Below, piece by piece: positions 23,158 to 35,991 of a DNA stretch of 64,000 bases. Positions within the stretch are counted from its first letter, which is position 1; each line of letters begins with the position of its first letter. The notes under the pieces are model-generated. The model was given only the letters and a program-made list of their open reading frames with translations. It was not told the DNA's origin and ran no database searches. Position numbers and translations under genes: made by a program. Source of the stretch: Lingula anatina (taxonomy: Eukaryota > Animalia > Brachiopoda); the NCBI GenBank assembly GCA_051362555.1, contig CM120643.1, positions 10,416,001 through 10,480,000 on the forward strand. The letters are read 5' to 3'.

Positions 23158-25894
23158 TTTATATTGCGCTCCGCTTTTGGCTCAGCGTTGTGTAGAAAAG
23201 GAAGATTGATAACAAAAATTCTTAAATATTCAACAAAGATTAAATTATCCCTTTGACATTTCCAAGAAAATTCATGCTATATAGTAAGGTGTATTGCTCA
23301 TTATGCGACTTAAAACCCTGTTCTAATCTGGTCTTGTTCTGCTACCGGTTTAATTGCAAGGACCATTATTCTACCATTTTTGAATTTTAAGCTCCATGTG
23401 CCATCAAAACTAATTTATCTTCGTACTGTAAAATTAAACAGTTAAGATTACAGCTATCACAATTGAACAGGATTTTCATGGTTTAATTCCACCGCTATCT
23501 GCAGTACTCATGTGTCTTAATACGATTGTTTAATTTGACAGCACACTTCGTGCCTATTTCATCACCATTAAATGTGATACAGCTGTATAACTCTCACCTC
23601 TGAATATCCTCCTGAATGACCTTATACGTGATCTTATTGGCCTCTATCAGCCGGATAAAGGTTCTATAGGTCTTAGGTGGGACTGCGATATCGATGTTGT
23701 GGGTGCCCGGATGGTCGCCTGGGGTCCAAAAATCTATCTGGAATTGTTATGATATTATTTAAGTATAGTATGAAAATAATAATGATAGGAAAATCAGTGT
23801 CTGGCGCAGTTTCAGGGCGCATTCCCATAGATTTTAGATCGATATATCCCCGTGGGGAGTCTCACTAGATTACTGTCAGATAATCCGGCTTAAATGTCCG
23901 TCCCGCCTACTACAAGCTGTAAGGGGGTAATTAACTTTCGTGCCCGCTCGGCTGACAGCTCCCCCAGGGAGTTAGGTCGATCTAGAGTTGGATCGATCTA
24001 ATCTCTGGGAATGGGGTCTAAAGCTGTATAAATACATGACTCGCACACACACCCCCCACCCCCCCGCCCACACACACATGCCGTTATGAATGCCCTGGAT
24101 ACGCATTAGTGGAAAAGTTGTCTCGTCACATGAGATAAACTGATTCTATTTTATTTTATTTTTACTTTTATCGTAATGTTGAATTGTTAATTTTTTCAGT
24201 GTTTAAAAATCAGAAAAAAATCCTTTTTTTTTTCTTATCCTTATTACTGGTTTTCAATTCTTTTCTTTTTCTGGGTTTCAACTTACGCCTAATTGGACGG
24301 TGTTTTCCAGTCTCTTGAGAAAGTCAATTTGGTCCTGAGTAGTCGGGGAAAGTCGCACAAGGCGGTAGCTGAAATGCATGTAAATATAACTTATATATTA
24401 ATAAAATATTTTCCCTGAATGTACAATGACGTAACCAGCTATATGTATGTGCGATACAGGACTTTTTGGATGACAGTCGACAGATCTCTTCGATCTTCTT
24501 GGTGCGCATCTGAGAATTTTGGGAATTAATTAAGTTGGTTAATCAGTGTGACTTGGACACGGAGGGGGCTTCAGAAATATCTGGCTGCCTTCTCCACTAG
24601 CACGAACATTCATACGTTAGTACTCCTATGGCCGGTTCTGATATGTAAGGCCAGTTAATAGGAGTGCCCCCTCCTACTCGATTATTTTTTCAATCTTTTC
24701 TAAAGAATCTTAATGTAGTGTTTACCTTCAAACATTTTCCGACCAACGCCATTTAATCAGGTAATATAGATTGTGCTCATATAGATTGTGATTCAAATGC
24801 TCTCATATGAGCAATAACAGTTCGTATAATATTCGAAGTAAAAATGTATTCTGTTATCCCGTTTTGATGTCGCAATGCTGTGGTAATGTCGACTTTTAAG
24901 TTTTAGTAGGTGAGAGGTGGGGAGAAAGGTAAGGCCAATTTTCGGGCGGTCTATAGGTTGTAAAAGATTACGTATGAGATAAAGACATGTGTTGTTAGAT
25001 AGCATTCCCATCAAGAAGAGCCGAAGTCTAGCAAGGCCAAGACCTATATATGGCGGACCTACATGAAAGGAAGACCGCGTAATCCTTTAATGGTCTCTCA
25101 ATGAATGTCAATGAATGTCATTGAGAGACCATTCAAGGATTACGCGGTCTTCCTTTCATGTAGGTCCGCCATATTTAGGTCTCGGCCTTGCTTGACTTCG
25201 GCTCTTCTCGATTTGAATGCTCTCTTAAACCGCGTGGACTTACCGCGTGACTGTCTTATCCCCTACTATCACGACTGCTGCAGATTGTCACACGCGCAAG
25301 TCGTTGCGTTCAAACACTGTTTGGGCTAATTAAAACATGTTATGCGTCCAAGCAAACTTTTCTACCGTGTTCGACTAAAACGCGCCCTCTCACTTCATCA
25401 GCCGATTGTTGTTTCTATGCGTCTGGCATTTGGTTATGAAGTCAAATGTCGCGTTTTAGTCAATTATGAGCCGGTCTGCTCCAACAACATTGAGCAACAA
25501 GCTCAGATACATTTTTCTTAGACGGTCGATCTAAAACCCCGTTATTCGTTTTTATATTATAAATGAGTTCTAAAAATGATTTATTTCCCGTTAGACAGAA
25601 ATAAAATATGAAATACCTAACGCACACCCCTACCACTATTAAAAAAACGACAGATCGGTCTATTGTTATTTTTTCGATATAATTTTGTAATATAAGTAAA
25701 GGTATTTATAGACATGGTATTTATGATTTTAGAACAACCGCTGAATAACTTTTCCTAAAACAATAAGAATATATACATATATCAGTTTTAAATTATACCC
25801 ACTTTTTATAACCACGGTTTTTCTCTTTCCATACTGGTTTGGACCAAGCGACTGCCACTAAGGCACACAAAAGGACAAGGGTTCCCACCCTCAT
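18689..25894 (-). CDS. M14A zinc procarboxypeptidase (carboxypeptidase A/B-like), copy 1, 456 aa, secreted
   Basis: 11 exons 5'->3': 25894-25803, 24368-24287, 23737-23598, 23118-22923, 22537-22436, 21972-21874, 21520-21422, 20937-20850, 19663-19461, 19052-18968, 18873-18689 (TAA); all GT-AG and in phase. Signal peptide [18 protein letters not shown], propeptide (YRLVRLSP...IDFW), GIHAREW (H69/E72), NPDGY, RLWRKTR, DPNRNW, FHSY (H196), [12 protein letters not shown] (Y248), YTLELRP (E270). Confidence 0.95.
20376..20599. mobile_element. Fold-back MITE, family B (CCCTCTACCAGG ends, TA flanks)
   Basis: Long near-perfect inverted repeats CCCTCTACCAGGGCGACTGATAGATTTTTTACAGATATTCACAGAT / ATCTGTGAATATCTGTAAAAAATCTATCAGTCGGCCTGGTAGAGGG. 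Absent from the equivalent intron of copy 2. A right half recurs at ~37825-37906. Confidence 0.8.
23815..24018. mobile_element. Family A TWA MITE, carboxypeptidase copy 1 intron 2
   Basis: TIRs GGGCGCATTCCCATAGA / TCTCTGGGAATGGGGTC; flanks TCA and TAA; empty site TAA at ~33952 in copy 2. Confidence 0.85.
25014..25208. repeat. Near-perfect inverted repeat (91-bp arms, 13-nt loop) in carboxypeptidase copy 1 intron 1
   Basis: Arms 25014-25104 and 25118-25208 are reverse complements with 4 mismatches by manual comparison. Single-arm relatives at ~34766 and ~29699. Confidence 0.9.
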
Positions 25895-25952
25895 TTCGTC
25901 TCCCTGGGATAAAGGTGCCGATGGAGGTTTAACTAAGGCCAAATGGCAGGCG

Positions 25953-25959
25953 TTATATA
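25953..25959 (-). promoter_or_regulatory. TATA box of carboxypeptidase copy 1
   Basis: TATATAA on the minus strand ~60 bp upstream of the ATG. Copy 2 has a (TA)n run at the equivalent position (35685-35699). Confidence 0.55.
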
Positions 25960-26090
25960 TACATGTATATGGTGATATCGCCGTGTAGGCGGGCATATGA
26001 TACAAGCCATTTACACTCTCTTAAACAGCTAGTTTAGTTTTATAGAATTCATCTATGGAGACGGATTTAAAGCACGTTGACGACTATATC

Positions 26091-26557
26091 CAGGCCTACC
26101 CAACTACCAGACTCGGCACCGCATGATCCTGAAATCACCAGTAGATCGGACCACACTACCCGTTTTCGAGGTGTGGGTCAGTACGCGCTTCAAAGTATCA
26201 GACCGCTCTTGCCTAGTACGCGATGTGATAGTGATGATTCTGAACGGGGTTGGAATGTAGTAACCCTAGGTTCTGGATTTCTGTATTGCCAGCTCCATCT
26301 TGATTTCACATATAACCCATATCAGCAATAAGAAAGTAAAAGCGATTCCATCACAATATTTTTAACAAGCTAACTTTTGCTGTGCCCTGACACTCAGGGT
26401 AAAAGTAGTGCATCTCATCTCAAATTTTGTTCGGGGGTATGATATACTGTGAAATGCGTAGGCCTACAGACGCGCACCTTGAAAACAGGTAGTATGGCAC
26501 GGTCTACCGGTGAATTCGTGATCATTCGGTGCCGAGTTTGGTAGTTGGGCAAGTCTG
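26091..26557. mobile_element. Non-autonomous DNA element with ~90-bp TIRs, CAG ends and 5-bp TSD
   Basis: Left end CAGGCCTACCCAACTACCAGACTCGGCACCG... matches the reverse complement of the right end ...CGGTGCCGAGTTTGGTAGTTGGGCAAGTCTG. ATATC at 26086-26090 and 26558-26562. Absent upstream of copy 2. Confidence 0.8.
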
Positions 26558-26565
26558 ATATCTAA

Positions 26566-26787
26566 GAGACCATTCCCACAGATTTTTGGATCGATGAATC
26601 TCCCTGGGGAGTCTCACTATATTGCGATCAAGTTAACCTGTTAGGGGGTAATTATCTTTACCCTAGCTGATTCGGTAGGCGGGACAGACATTTAAACCTC
26701 TTGAGCTGATAGCAATTTAGCGTGAACCCCCAGGGAGTTAGGTCGATCCAGATGGATCGATCTACATGTAAGTATGGGAACCCAGTC
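26566..26787. mobile_element. Family A TWA MITE upstream of carboxypeptidase copy 1
   Basis: GAGACCATTCCCACAGA...TATGGGAACCCAGTC with TAA on both sides (26563-26565, 26788-26790); empty site at ~35820. Confidence 0.85.
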
Positions 26788-27932
26788 TAAGTATTCAATA
26801 ACGGCTTTCACTTTACCACTCATGCAAGTCACTGTTATGTAGATTTATTTGTTAATTCAATTCTTTACTTGGTTATTTACTTCTCAATACTTAATTGCTA
26901 TCTCATTCTGTTACGTATGTGAATAACCCCGCACGCGACCTCGATTTGGATACTGGTACAGATATGCTGTATATTGCTACATGTATCCAAGGAGTTGTAA
27001 AAAGTTGTACAACATCTTGATGTATCAGACCGCTGAACAGTCTATTTGTTATACTTGAATATCCCCCCCCCCCCCCCCCCCCGATTGTCTAAAACACCGT
27101 AAAACGTTATATTTATGAAACATTCCTTTAATATGATTTTGGAAAAAATGCGGGAGGGGGGGTGCATCTGAAATAATGATAATAATTTCATTGTGCACAC
27201 TAACTACTATGTACAATATACTATATACAAGATAATAGTAATGATAGTAAATAGACCTAAACGAAAAGCGAAAAAACAAATATAGCATTATACTGTATAC
27301 CGGGTATATTACCGAGATACAAGTAAAGTGGATGAGGTTCTTTGTTAATTTGTTACTAATCATTTGCATTTTATCATTATCTGATGATCTTGCTAATTAT
27401 CAGATTATGAGAAAAAGTACTTGCACCAACTACACGTTGTATAATCGGTCCAAGATAAAATAAACGGCTGTGTTTTTCTTCTCTAACACAATCCAGTTCC
27501 GACAACTAGAATGGATAACAGTGCATCTAACGCATTGCAGGCACTTCTGGGGCTTTTGTCACGTTTGGTTATTGAATTTTTGCAATCATGTTTGTCATTT
27601 GAAAGGTCTTAACTTAATATGAACTCCGTTTAAGAAAATATGCAAGTGTAAACCAATTAGTAAATGCATGAACGACTAAACAGGTAAATAAAATTAACAA
27701 ATGGTCAAAACTGTAAAAAGAATTGATGGATTTCTTTTGACCCATGAAAACAACCAAACTGAATCAGTCTGAATACGGAAAGAAACTTCGAAAGCATCAC
27801 TCTGCCGTTGCACATATGACCTTGCTTTTTTCTTTATTTCCACAGCTCCTGGCCAATTAAAAAATGCAATGTAAAGACCACTTTTGTCGCTTACATTTTG
27901 AACAAATTTACTATAATGTTGAAAATAACATA

Positions 27933-28284
27933 TTAAATAAGTTCAGAGGCGACTTTCTTCACGGCGGCATAAACCTCTTTCCCACTGGGGAGAATTTCAG
28001 AGGCCGGGATGACAAACCCATTAGAAGCATTGCCATCAGGGCGGAGCTCAAATGTATACGCATATTTAATTCCTGCCTTTTCTTTAGCCCAGTCGTAGGA
28101 TCCACCAGACGCAGCATCTGAAATTGATTTTTTTTTTGTTATTAATATCAGCGTATGTGCCAGATCTAGTAAAAAAAAAAACAACAATGTATAAAGGAGA
28201 ACATTTACACAAATTTTCACGACACTAATTTAATATATAGCTGAACACATACTCTTCTCCACAAAGCGGTGTGACTTTGTCTCA

Positions 28285-28320
<36 letters not shown>

Positions 28321-28535
28321 ACACACACACATACACACACTAGCAAAAAGAGAACACTATTTTTTAACCAATGAAGTTATATCTTTCTAGCCTCTACCTT
28401 GGCCACATACTAATTTTTCACTAGATATTTACAGGTATGTCTCTGGCTAACTCATGGCACATTTCTCCACTCGCGTTGGAAAAAAGCGCACATTATAGAT
28501 CTGCGGTCTTTAAACAGAGTAATATCTTTCCAGTG

Positions 28536-28573
<38 letters not shown>

Positions 28574-29311
28574 AATATTTAACTTACACAGAATATCCGG
28601 AGGGGCGCCAACAATCCAGGATTTCCCATTAACCCCTTGTACAGCTGTCTTGCCGAGATTAGCCACGCGCATCTACATTTAGAAAAGACAGATATATAGA
28701 TTGTGATAAGCAGTTATGGAGTGTTTTTCCCACATACTCGTATGTGCTGAGGGTATGCTAATGGAACAACAGGATAAAGAGACATTGATGCTGATTGACC
28801 TCTACATTTGCCATTCAGTACATTGTAATTTCTACCAAAATACGTATTTAAACCAAATCATCATTCACATGTCGCCAGGCTCAAATTTACATTAAGAACC
28901 TCCATCAGATTTTGGATGCTTGAAAATGCATGAGTATATCAGTCTAAATTAGAAAAGTAATTTCAAAAAGCTGAAGGTAATGTCATTTCAATACTAAAGT
29001 TAAAATATTGACGAGGCGAAAACAAAATCTAGAAAATCCAGACAATTCCCCCATAGTCAACACCATCTTCAAAATCTGAGAGCTAAGAAACTGTAAGAGA
29101 AACTAGTGTCTAGTCTCCTGCGAAAAAAATGATCAGATCCGCGCGCGCGCGCGCGCGCGTGTGTGCATGTGTGTGTGTATGTGTGTTTGCACTAGTGCGA
29201 ACTTTCCCTTTGGCTGTCAAATGACCACTGTAAATCAATACTCAATCGATGTTTTATGCTCTTTCTAAAGTTGGATCGACCGAAAGTGTAAAAGGGTCCA
29301 CTCCCCCCACC

Positions 29312-29342
<31 letters not shown>

Positions 29343-32300
29343 ATTTGCTGCCTGCTGTCTTATATCTAAATTTACCATTTCATCATTGTCCGAGGGTTTT
29401 TCCCTGCCCCAACCCCATGGTGTCAGCCAAAGTTCCGAATAGGAATGGAAAGACAGATACATCTTCAACCGGTCCTTGTGGTCGTTGATGAAGTCCCTTA
29501 TATTTTGGGTACATTTTTCAGAGAATGGCGCAGTTCCAGGGTAAACGTTGGAGCAAGGGTTACTGCTGGTGCCAGCCTCTTGAAAAAACAAGATAATGAT
29601 GTTACATGTTGTCAAATCTTCAAGAAAAAATGTCGTTCGCTGGAACTTAGCATTCCCAGATTTTCAATAAGAAGGGACATGAATGGCCTCTCAGAATGAG
29701 AAGAGCCGTTGCTAGCTTGGCCACGGACTAAATCCTGTAATGGTCTCTCCGCCTCCCACGCACGCCTCCCCACGCGTCGTCTCTGCAGGGACACAGTAAT
29801 TAAATCTCGGCTCAATCCAACTGGTCGAGGAACAACGCGTGGAATACATGTAGAGTTTCATACGGAATACAAAGAAATGCACGTGCACTAGAAAATACGT
29901 TTTGTTTCTCATTACACCAACATTTTTAACACACGATGCGTTAAAATGAGTAACAAAGGATATTGTGCACTGCCTCCCACACACGATCAATTAAATCCAA
30001 TGGAACTATGCACATTTCAAACACTTGACTTCGGACTAATTAGCGAGAATTTGTGTGTTTTTGGATGTTCCTTAGACTGCATTCCCACAGATTTAGATAG
30101 ATCCATCTGGATCGTCCTAACTCCTTGGGGATTCACGCTAAATTGCTGTCAGCCGAGCGCGCACGAAAGTTAATTACCCCCGAACAGCTTTTAGTAGGTG
30201 GGACAGACATTTAAGCCAGCTAGGCTGACAGCAATCTAGTGAGACTCCCCACGGGGATAGATCTATCTAAAAATCTGTGGGAATGCAGTCTAACTCAATC
30301 TCCCTCCTACCTCCAAAGTGGGAATCCCAATTTCTGTTGGGGTCTACGCCAGTACATCTCCGACTCTGAGGTGAACGAGTCTTTCTCCACAGACGATCCT
30401 TTAATAAAAATCAATACATAAAAATAAAAAATATATATGTACATAAAAATATCAAAGGATCGTGAAGATATTCATATTAGTGTCGCATTGTGTTGGAAAC
30501 GGGAGAACTCATGGCTGTGGCATTTTCAGAAAATCTGACATATTAGCATGAAAAAGTGCTGTATTTATATTTACACTAAACATTTTGATATCGTATTTTA
30601 ATATTAACAAGCCAATGTCGCGGATAACTACCAAAGTCAAGAACGCAACTCTTAGACCCCATTCCCAGAGATTAGATCGATCCAACTAGAGCGACCTAAC
30701 TCCCTGGGGGTTCACGCTAAATAGCTGTCAGCCGAGCAGGCACGGAAGTTATTTACCCCCTTACAGCTTGTAGTAGGCGGGACGGATTATCTGACAGTAA
30801 TCTAGTGAGACTGCCCACGGGGATAGATCGATCTAAAACCTATGGGAATGCGCCCTTAGACGCAACTGGAAAAATCACACCACCCTCTACTTTATGAACA
30901 ACAATGCTTTGCCTTAATTTCCAGTAACATATAGGTTTTAACTTAATTTTAAGAAATGCACTTAAATTTCACACACACCAACCAATATTAGAAGTACGCT
31001 GAATGTCACTATTTTAGTTGATCGAGTGAGCTTTTCGATACAATTTGATGTGCCTTCTCAGCGTACTTTCGGTTTGCCCCCATTCTCTTTTGGCTATCAT
31101 ATACCAGATATACCTACAGATGTATGAGAATACTCGTAACCGTCGGGATTTGCAACAGGCAGCATATACCAAGTGTACTTATTCAGCTCTGGAAGGCTGT
31201 TGTATTCAGAGAGAAACTATAAAGCAAAAGAATCAAGCATGGTTAGCACATGTACATGTGGATAACGCTTGATAAAATCTAAAATGGTACTATGTAATAC
31301 TGGGGTTCGTTCCTCGAATTGATCAATTTAAACGTGAACCCATAGAAGATTACTATGATACAGCAACCCCACAGGTGTACATGTTGTACATCAGATTTTT
31401 GCACCTAAAGGGATCAATTTTATTCAAGTATTAGTAAAAAAAAAAAAAATTAGCAATACCCATTTTTGTCCTCCTACAGATTTATCTTCAGCTAAAGTAG
31501 ATCATTACTCGGCTCTAAAAGTTAGGACCAAATTTCGTGTTAAACTTCTTAAATTTGTGGAACAGGCCCCTCATTCTATTGATATTCTTTCATTGATTTG
31601 TTGAATAGTCTGTTTTTTTTTTTTTTTGTTTTTTTTTATAAATAATGCAAACAATAGCAATAGAATGCAATATGCTGGAGAGCATATTGATAGCGCACAC
31701 CTCCATAGAGACAAAATGTAAATAGAATAATTTTTGATTTCTTAAAAAAAAAATATTAGGAGACCTATAACTTTTTCCCTCCTGAATATTTGTTTATCCA
31801 AAAAAAAAAAATCATCTTAATTTGTGAAGAACTTGAGTCATTTAAAAAAAAAAAAATAAATAATAATAATAATAATAAAATAAATAAATAAATAATAAAG
31901 GAGTTCAAACACATTTGCTGCTAACTTTGTCTATGATGTACACCAGGGTCGCCGGAGCGATCCATTCTCTAGCGTGTATACCGGCATCGACCCAAATGGA
32001 TGGTTTATTTCCGTCTTCCCCTATCTGAAAAAATAAGGTATAATATTAATGTTCACCGCTGCTGGTGCTTTATAAGTCGTAAGGCAATCTTTGTGACTTC
32101 CCAGCTCGTGAACAACTGAAGTTATCTTTGTTCATTGTCTTTTTCATTTATTAAGTTCGTTTTTCTTTCTTTCTTTTATTTTAATTTATTTTATTATTTT
32201 ATTATTATTTTTGTGTGTGTGTGCGTGTGTGTGTGTGTGTGTGTAGGCCTAAAATACATGTATATGCTATTGTTGTAGGTTTCGTGAGGAATTTTTGAAG

Positions 32301-33018
32301 TTTAAATTTCTCGTGTTTACAGTGAAATTCAAATGCCTCTATATCCACTGTGACAGTAATTAAAAAAGGTAATTCAAAAGCGGGTTTTTGGATAGTAATT
32401 TTGTGAACGGTCTTGGTTATGGTAGCCTATACCTTGGTGTTAAAAAAAAAAAAGAGAGAAATCGACCGAATGCAAGAAAAATATTTTGCTCTATATAAAG
32501 TCAAACCCTCTGCTTTTTTAAAAGCAAAAAAGAAAAATTAAAAAAGTTTCTCTATGTCCATGAATCAGAAGTCACCAATGTCTTAGACTCGAAGACCACT
32601 CACTTTCAACACTTTCATGTCTTTGCCCTCGTAAGTTTGACCGATCGTTTCAACAGTAGCTAGACCATTGCTTTCTGCAGCTACAGCATCCAGCCAGGCG
32701 TTGATCTAGGAATAGTAAACCGTTCATTTATTAGAACAGCACAGCAGCTCTTTAGATCAATACATTGGTTCAGCAAAATGTCAACATTTGTGATTTCGCG
32801 TGATAGATTTCAATCAAATGTAGCCAAGTTCTGACGCGAACATGAATTGGAATCTGAAAATCAAACAGGAGCGAGTCTGCCCTACATCTCGGGCTAGTCT
32901 ATGCTGTAAAAAGGCGTTATCTTTAAACGAGACGTGCAAACGCTTATTTTCTGCAATGCTTCCTACATTTTTTCATCAACCAAATGTTTATCCAATTCTT
33001 CCCCACAATGACATAAAT

Positions 33019-33055
<37 letters not shown>

Positions 33056-33262
33056 ATTCACATACCTCTCCGTGGCGTGCATACGTCCCCACAATACTAT
33101 CCGTTGCCAAGTTACTGAACGTTGCCACAGCAACTTGACCGTTTTTGCACTTGTTTTTGTCCTTCCCCTTCCAGTTGCCCTGAGACTCGCATGCCTTGCT
33201 CTTTATCTTGTCCTCGCGGGCTTTACTATTACTGGTTGTCTCAGTATCTATGAGGCTTATAG

Positions 33263-33320
<58 letters not shown>

Positions 33321-35624
33321 GTTATTTAATACCGCACTCCACATTCGGCCCAGCGTTGTGTAGAATAGAAAGATTGAAAATAAAAATTCTTAAATATTCA
33401 ACGAAGATTAAATTATCCTGTTAACATTTACACGAAAATTTATGCAATAGTAATAGTAGGGTGTATTGCTCATTGTGCAACTTAAACCCCTGTTCTAATC
33501 TGGTCTTATTCTGCTACCGGTTTAATTGCACGGACCATTATTCTAATATTTTTTGAATTTTAAGCTCCAAGTGCCATCAAAACTAATTCATCTTCTTGTT
33601 GTAAAATACAATAATCACAATTTAACAGGATGTTCATGGTTTCCACCGATATCTGCAGTACTCATGTGTCTTAATACGATTGTTTGACTGCACACTTCGT
33701 GTTTATTGCCTATCCATTAAATATGATACAGCTCTCACCTCTGAATATCCTCCTGAATGACCTTATACGTGATCTTATTGACCTCTATCAGCCGGATAAA
33801 GGTTCTATAGGTCTTAGGTGGGACTGCGATGTCGATATTGTGGGTGCCCGGATGGTCGCTTGGAGTCCAAAAATCTATCTGGAAATGTTATGATATTAGC
33901 TGAATATATTATGAAAATAATAATGATAGGAAATCAGTGTCCGGCGCCGCTTAAAGCTGTATAAACAAATGAATCCCCCCCACACACACACACACACACA
34001 CGCGCGCGCGCACATGCCGTTACAAATACCCTGCTGGATACGCAAGTGATAAACTGTTTCAATTTTTAGTTTAATGATTTTTTTGATTTGTCATTTTTTC
34101 AAGTGTTTGAAAATCAGTCAAATCCATCTTTTCTTTCTTTTCCTTATTACTGGTTTTCAATTCTTTTTTTCTGGGTTTCAACTTACTCCTAATTGGACGG
34201 TGTTTTCCAGTCTCTTTAGAAAGTCAATTTGGTCCTGAGTAGTCGGGGAAAGTCGCACAAGGCGGTAGCTGAAATGCATGAAAATATATCTTATATGTTA
34301 GTAAAATCTTTTCCCTGAATGTACAATGACGCAACCAGCTATGTATGTGCGATACAGGACTTTTTGGATGACAGTCGACAGATATCTGAAATCATCTCGG
34401 TGCGCATCTGAGAATTTTTGGAATCAATTACGTTGGGTAACCAGTTTAACTTAGACACGGAGGGAGTTTCAGAAATATCTTGCTCCCTTCTCCCCCTGCC
34501 CCTCCTTCTCGAGTATTTTTTAAAAATCTTTTTTAAAGAATCTTTAAAAAGTGTTTGCCTTCAAACCTTTTTCGGCCAACGCCCCTGTCATTTAATCAAA
34601 TAATACAGAGTGTTGGTCAAATATGCTTATATGAACAATAACAGTTCGTATAAAATTCGAAGTAAAAATGTATTCTGTTATCCCGTTTTGGTGTCGCAAT
34701 GCTCTGATAATGTCAACCATTCGATTGTGAGAGGTGGAGAAAAAGGTAATAACCATTCACATCAAGAAGAGCCGAGGTCTAGTGAGGCCGCGACCTAAAT
34801 ATGGCGGACCAACATGAAAGGATGTCCGCGTAATCCTATAATGGTCCCTCCGCCTCTCACACGCCTTCCTGCAGGGGCACAGGTAGGTTGTAATAGATAA
34901 AGCATGGGATTAAAACATGTGTTGTTAAACCGCGTGGACTTACCGCGTGACTGTCTTATCCCCCACAATCACGACTGCTGCAGATTGTCACACCCGCAAG
35001 TCGTTGCGTTCAAACGCTGTTTGGGCTAATAAGGCGTCCATGCAAACTTTTTTTATCGCGTTCGACTAAGACGCGCCCACTCACCTTATCAGCCGCTTGT
35101 CGTTTCGATACGACTCAAAATTGTTGTTTTAAACACGACACAATGACAGCGCCATGGCATCCGGATATAAAGCCAAATGACGCGTTTTAGTTAATTATGA
35201 ACCGGTCTGCTCCAACGACATTGAGCAACAAGCTCAGATACATTTTTCTAAGATGTTCGATCTAAAAACCCGTTACTCGTTTTTATATTATAAATGAGTT
35301 CTAAAAATGATTTATTTCCCGTTAGATAGAAATGAAATATGAAATACCTAACACACACCCGTACCACAATAAAAATGACATATCGGTCCATTATTATTTT
35401 TCCGATATTATTTTTGTAATATAGGTGAAGGTATAATAATTTATAGACATGACTGTTTATGATTTTAGAACAACCGCTGAATAACTTTTCATAAAACAAT
35501 AAGAATATATATCAGTTTTAAATTATACCCACTTTTTATAACCACGGTTTTTCTCTTTCCATACTGGTTTGGACCAAGCGACTGCCACTAAGGCACACAA
35601 AAGGACGAGGGTTCCCACCCTCAT
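27933..35624 (-). CDS. M14A zinc procarboxypeptidase (carboxypeptidase A/B-like), copy 2, 454 aa, secreted
   Basis: 11 exons 5'->3': 35624-35533, 34268-34187, 33878-33739, 33255-33066, 32705-32604, 32024-31926, 31216-31118, 30398-30311, 29578-29376, 28672-28588, 28117-27933 (TAA); 1365 nt, no internal stop. Same motifs as copy 1 (HARE, NRNW, FHSY, GGSYDW, FELRP). AATAAA on - at 27833-27838. Confidence 0.95.
30075..30290. mobile_element. Family A TWA MITE, carboxypeptidase copy 2 intron 8
   Basis: Perfect TIR GACTGCATTCCCACAGATTT / AAATCTGTGGGAATGCAGTC; flanks TTA and TAA; absent from copy 1 (~20830). Confidence 0.85.
30655..30855. mobile_element. Family A TWA MITE, carboxypeptidase copy 2 intron 7
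   Basis: GACCCCATTCCCAGAGA...CTATGGGAATGCGCCC with TTA on both sides. Same ends as the 23815 copy, opposite orientation. Absent from copy 1 (~21165). Confidence 0.85.
31302..31571. mobile_element. Putative MITE (GGGGTTCGTTCC...GGAACAGGCCCC ends)
   Basis: Imperfect terminal inverted repeats. The left end is also at ~21600 in copy 1, and similar ends occur at 54869-55150. Confidence 0.45.
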
Positions 35625-35991
35625 TTCGTCTCCCTGGGATAAAGGTGCCGATGGAGGTTTAACTAAGGCCAAATGGCAGGCGCAATATATATATATATAG
35701 TAATATCGCCGTGTAGGCGGGCATATGATACGAGCCATTTAGACTCTCTTAAACAGCTAGTTTACTTTTATAGAATTACATGTAAAAAGGATTTAAAGCA
35801 CGTTGGCGATAGTATTGTCTAAGGGTTCAATAACGGCTTTCACTTTACCACTTATGCAAGACACTGTTATGTAGATTTATTAATATGTTAAATAAATTCT
35901 TTATTTGGTTATTTACTTAAAATACTTAATTGCAATCTCATTCTGTTACGTATGTGAGCAATCCCGTACGAGACCTCGATTTGGATACTAA

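Noticed and set aside
18689-35624. One carboxypeptidase copy as a pseudogene
   Set aside because: All 11 exons of both copies have GT-AG ends, correct phase, no stops and intact catalytic residues.
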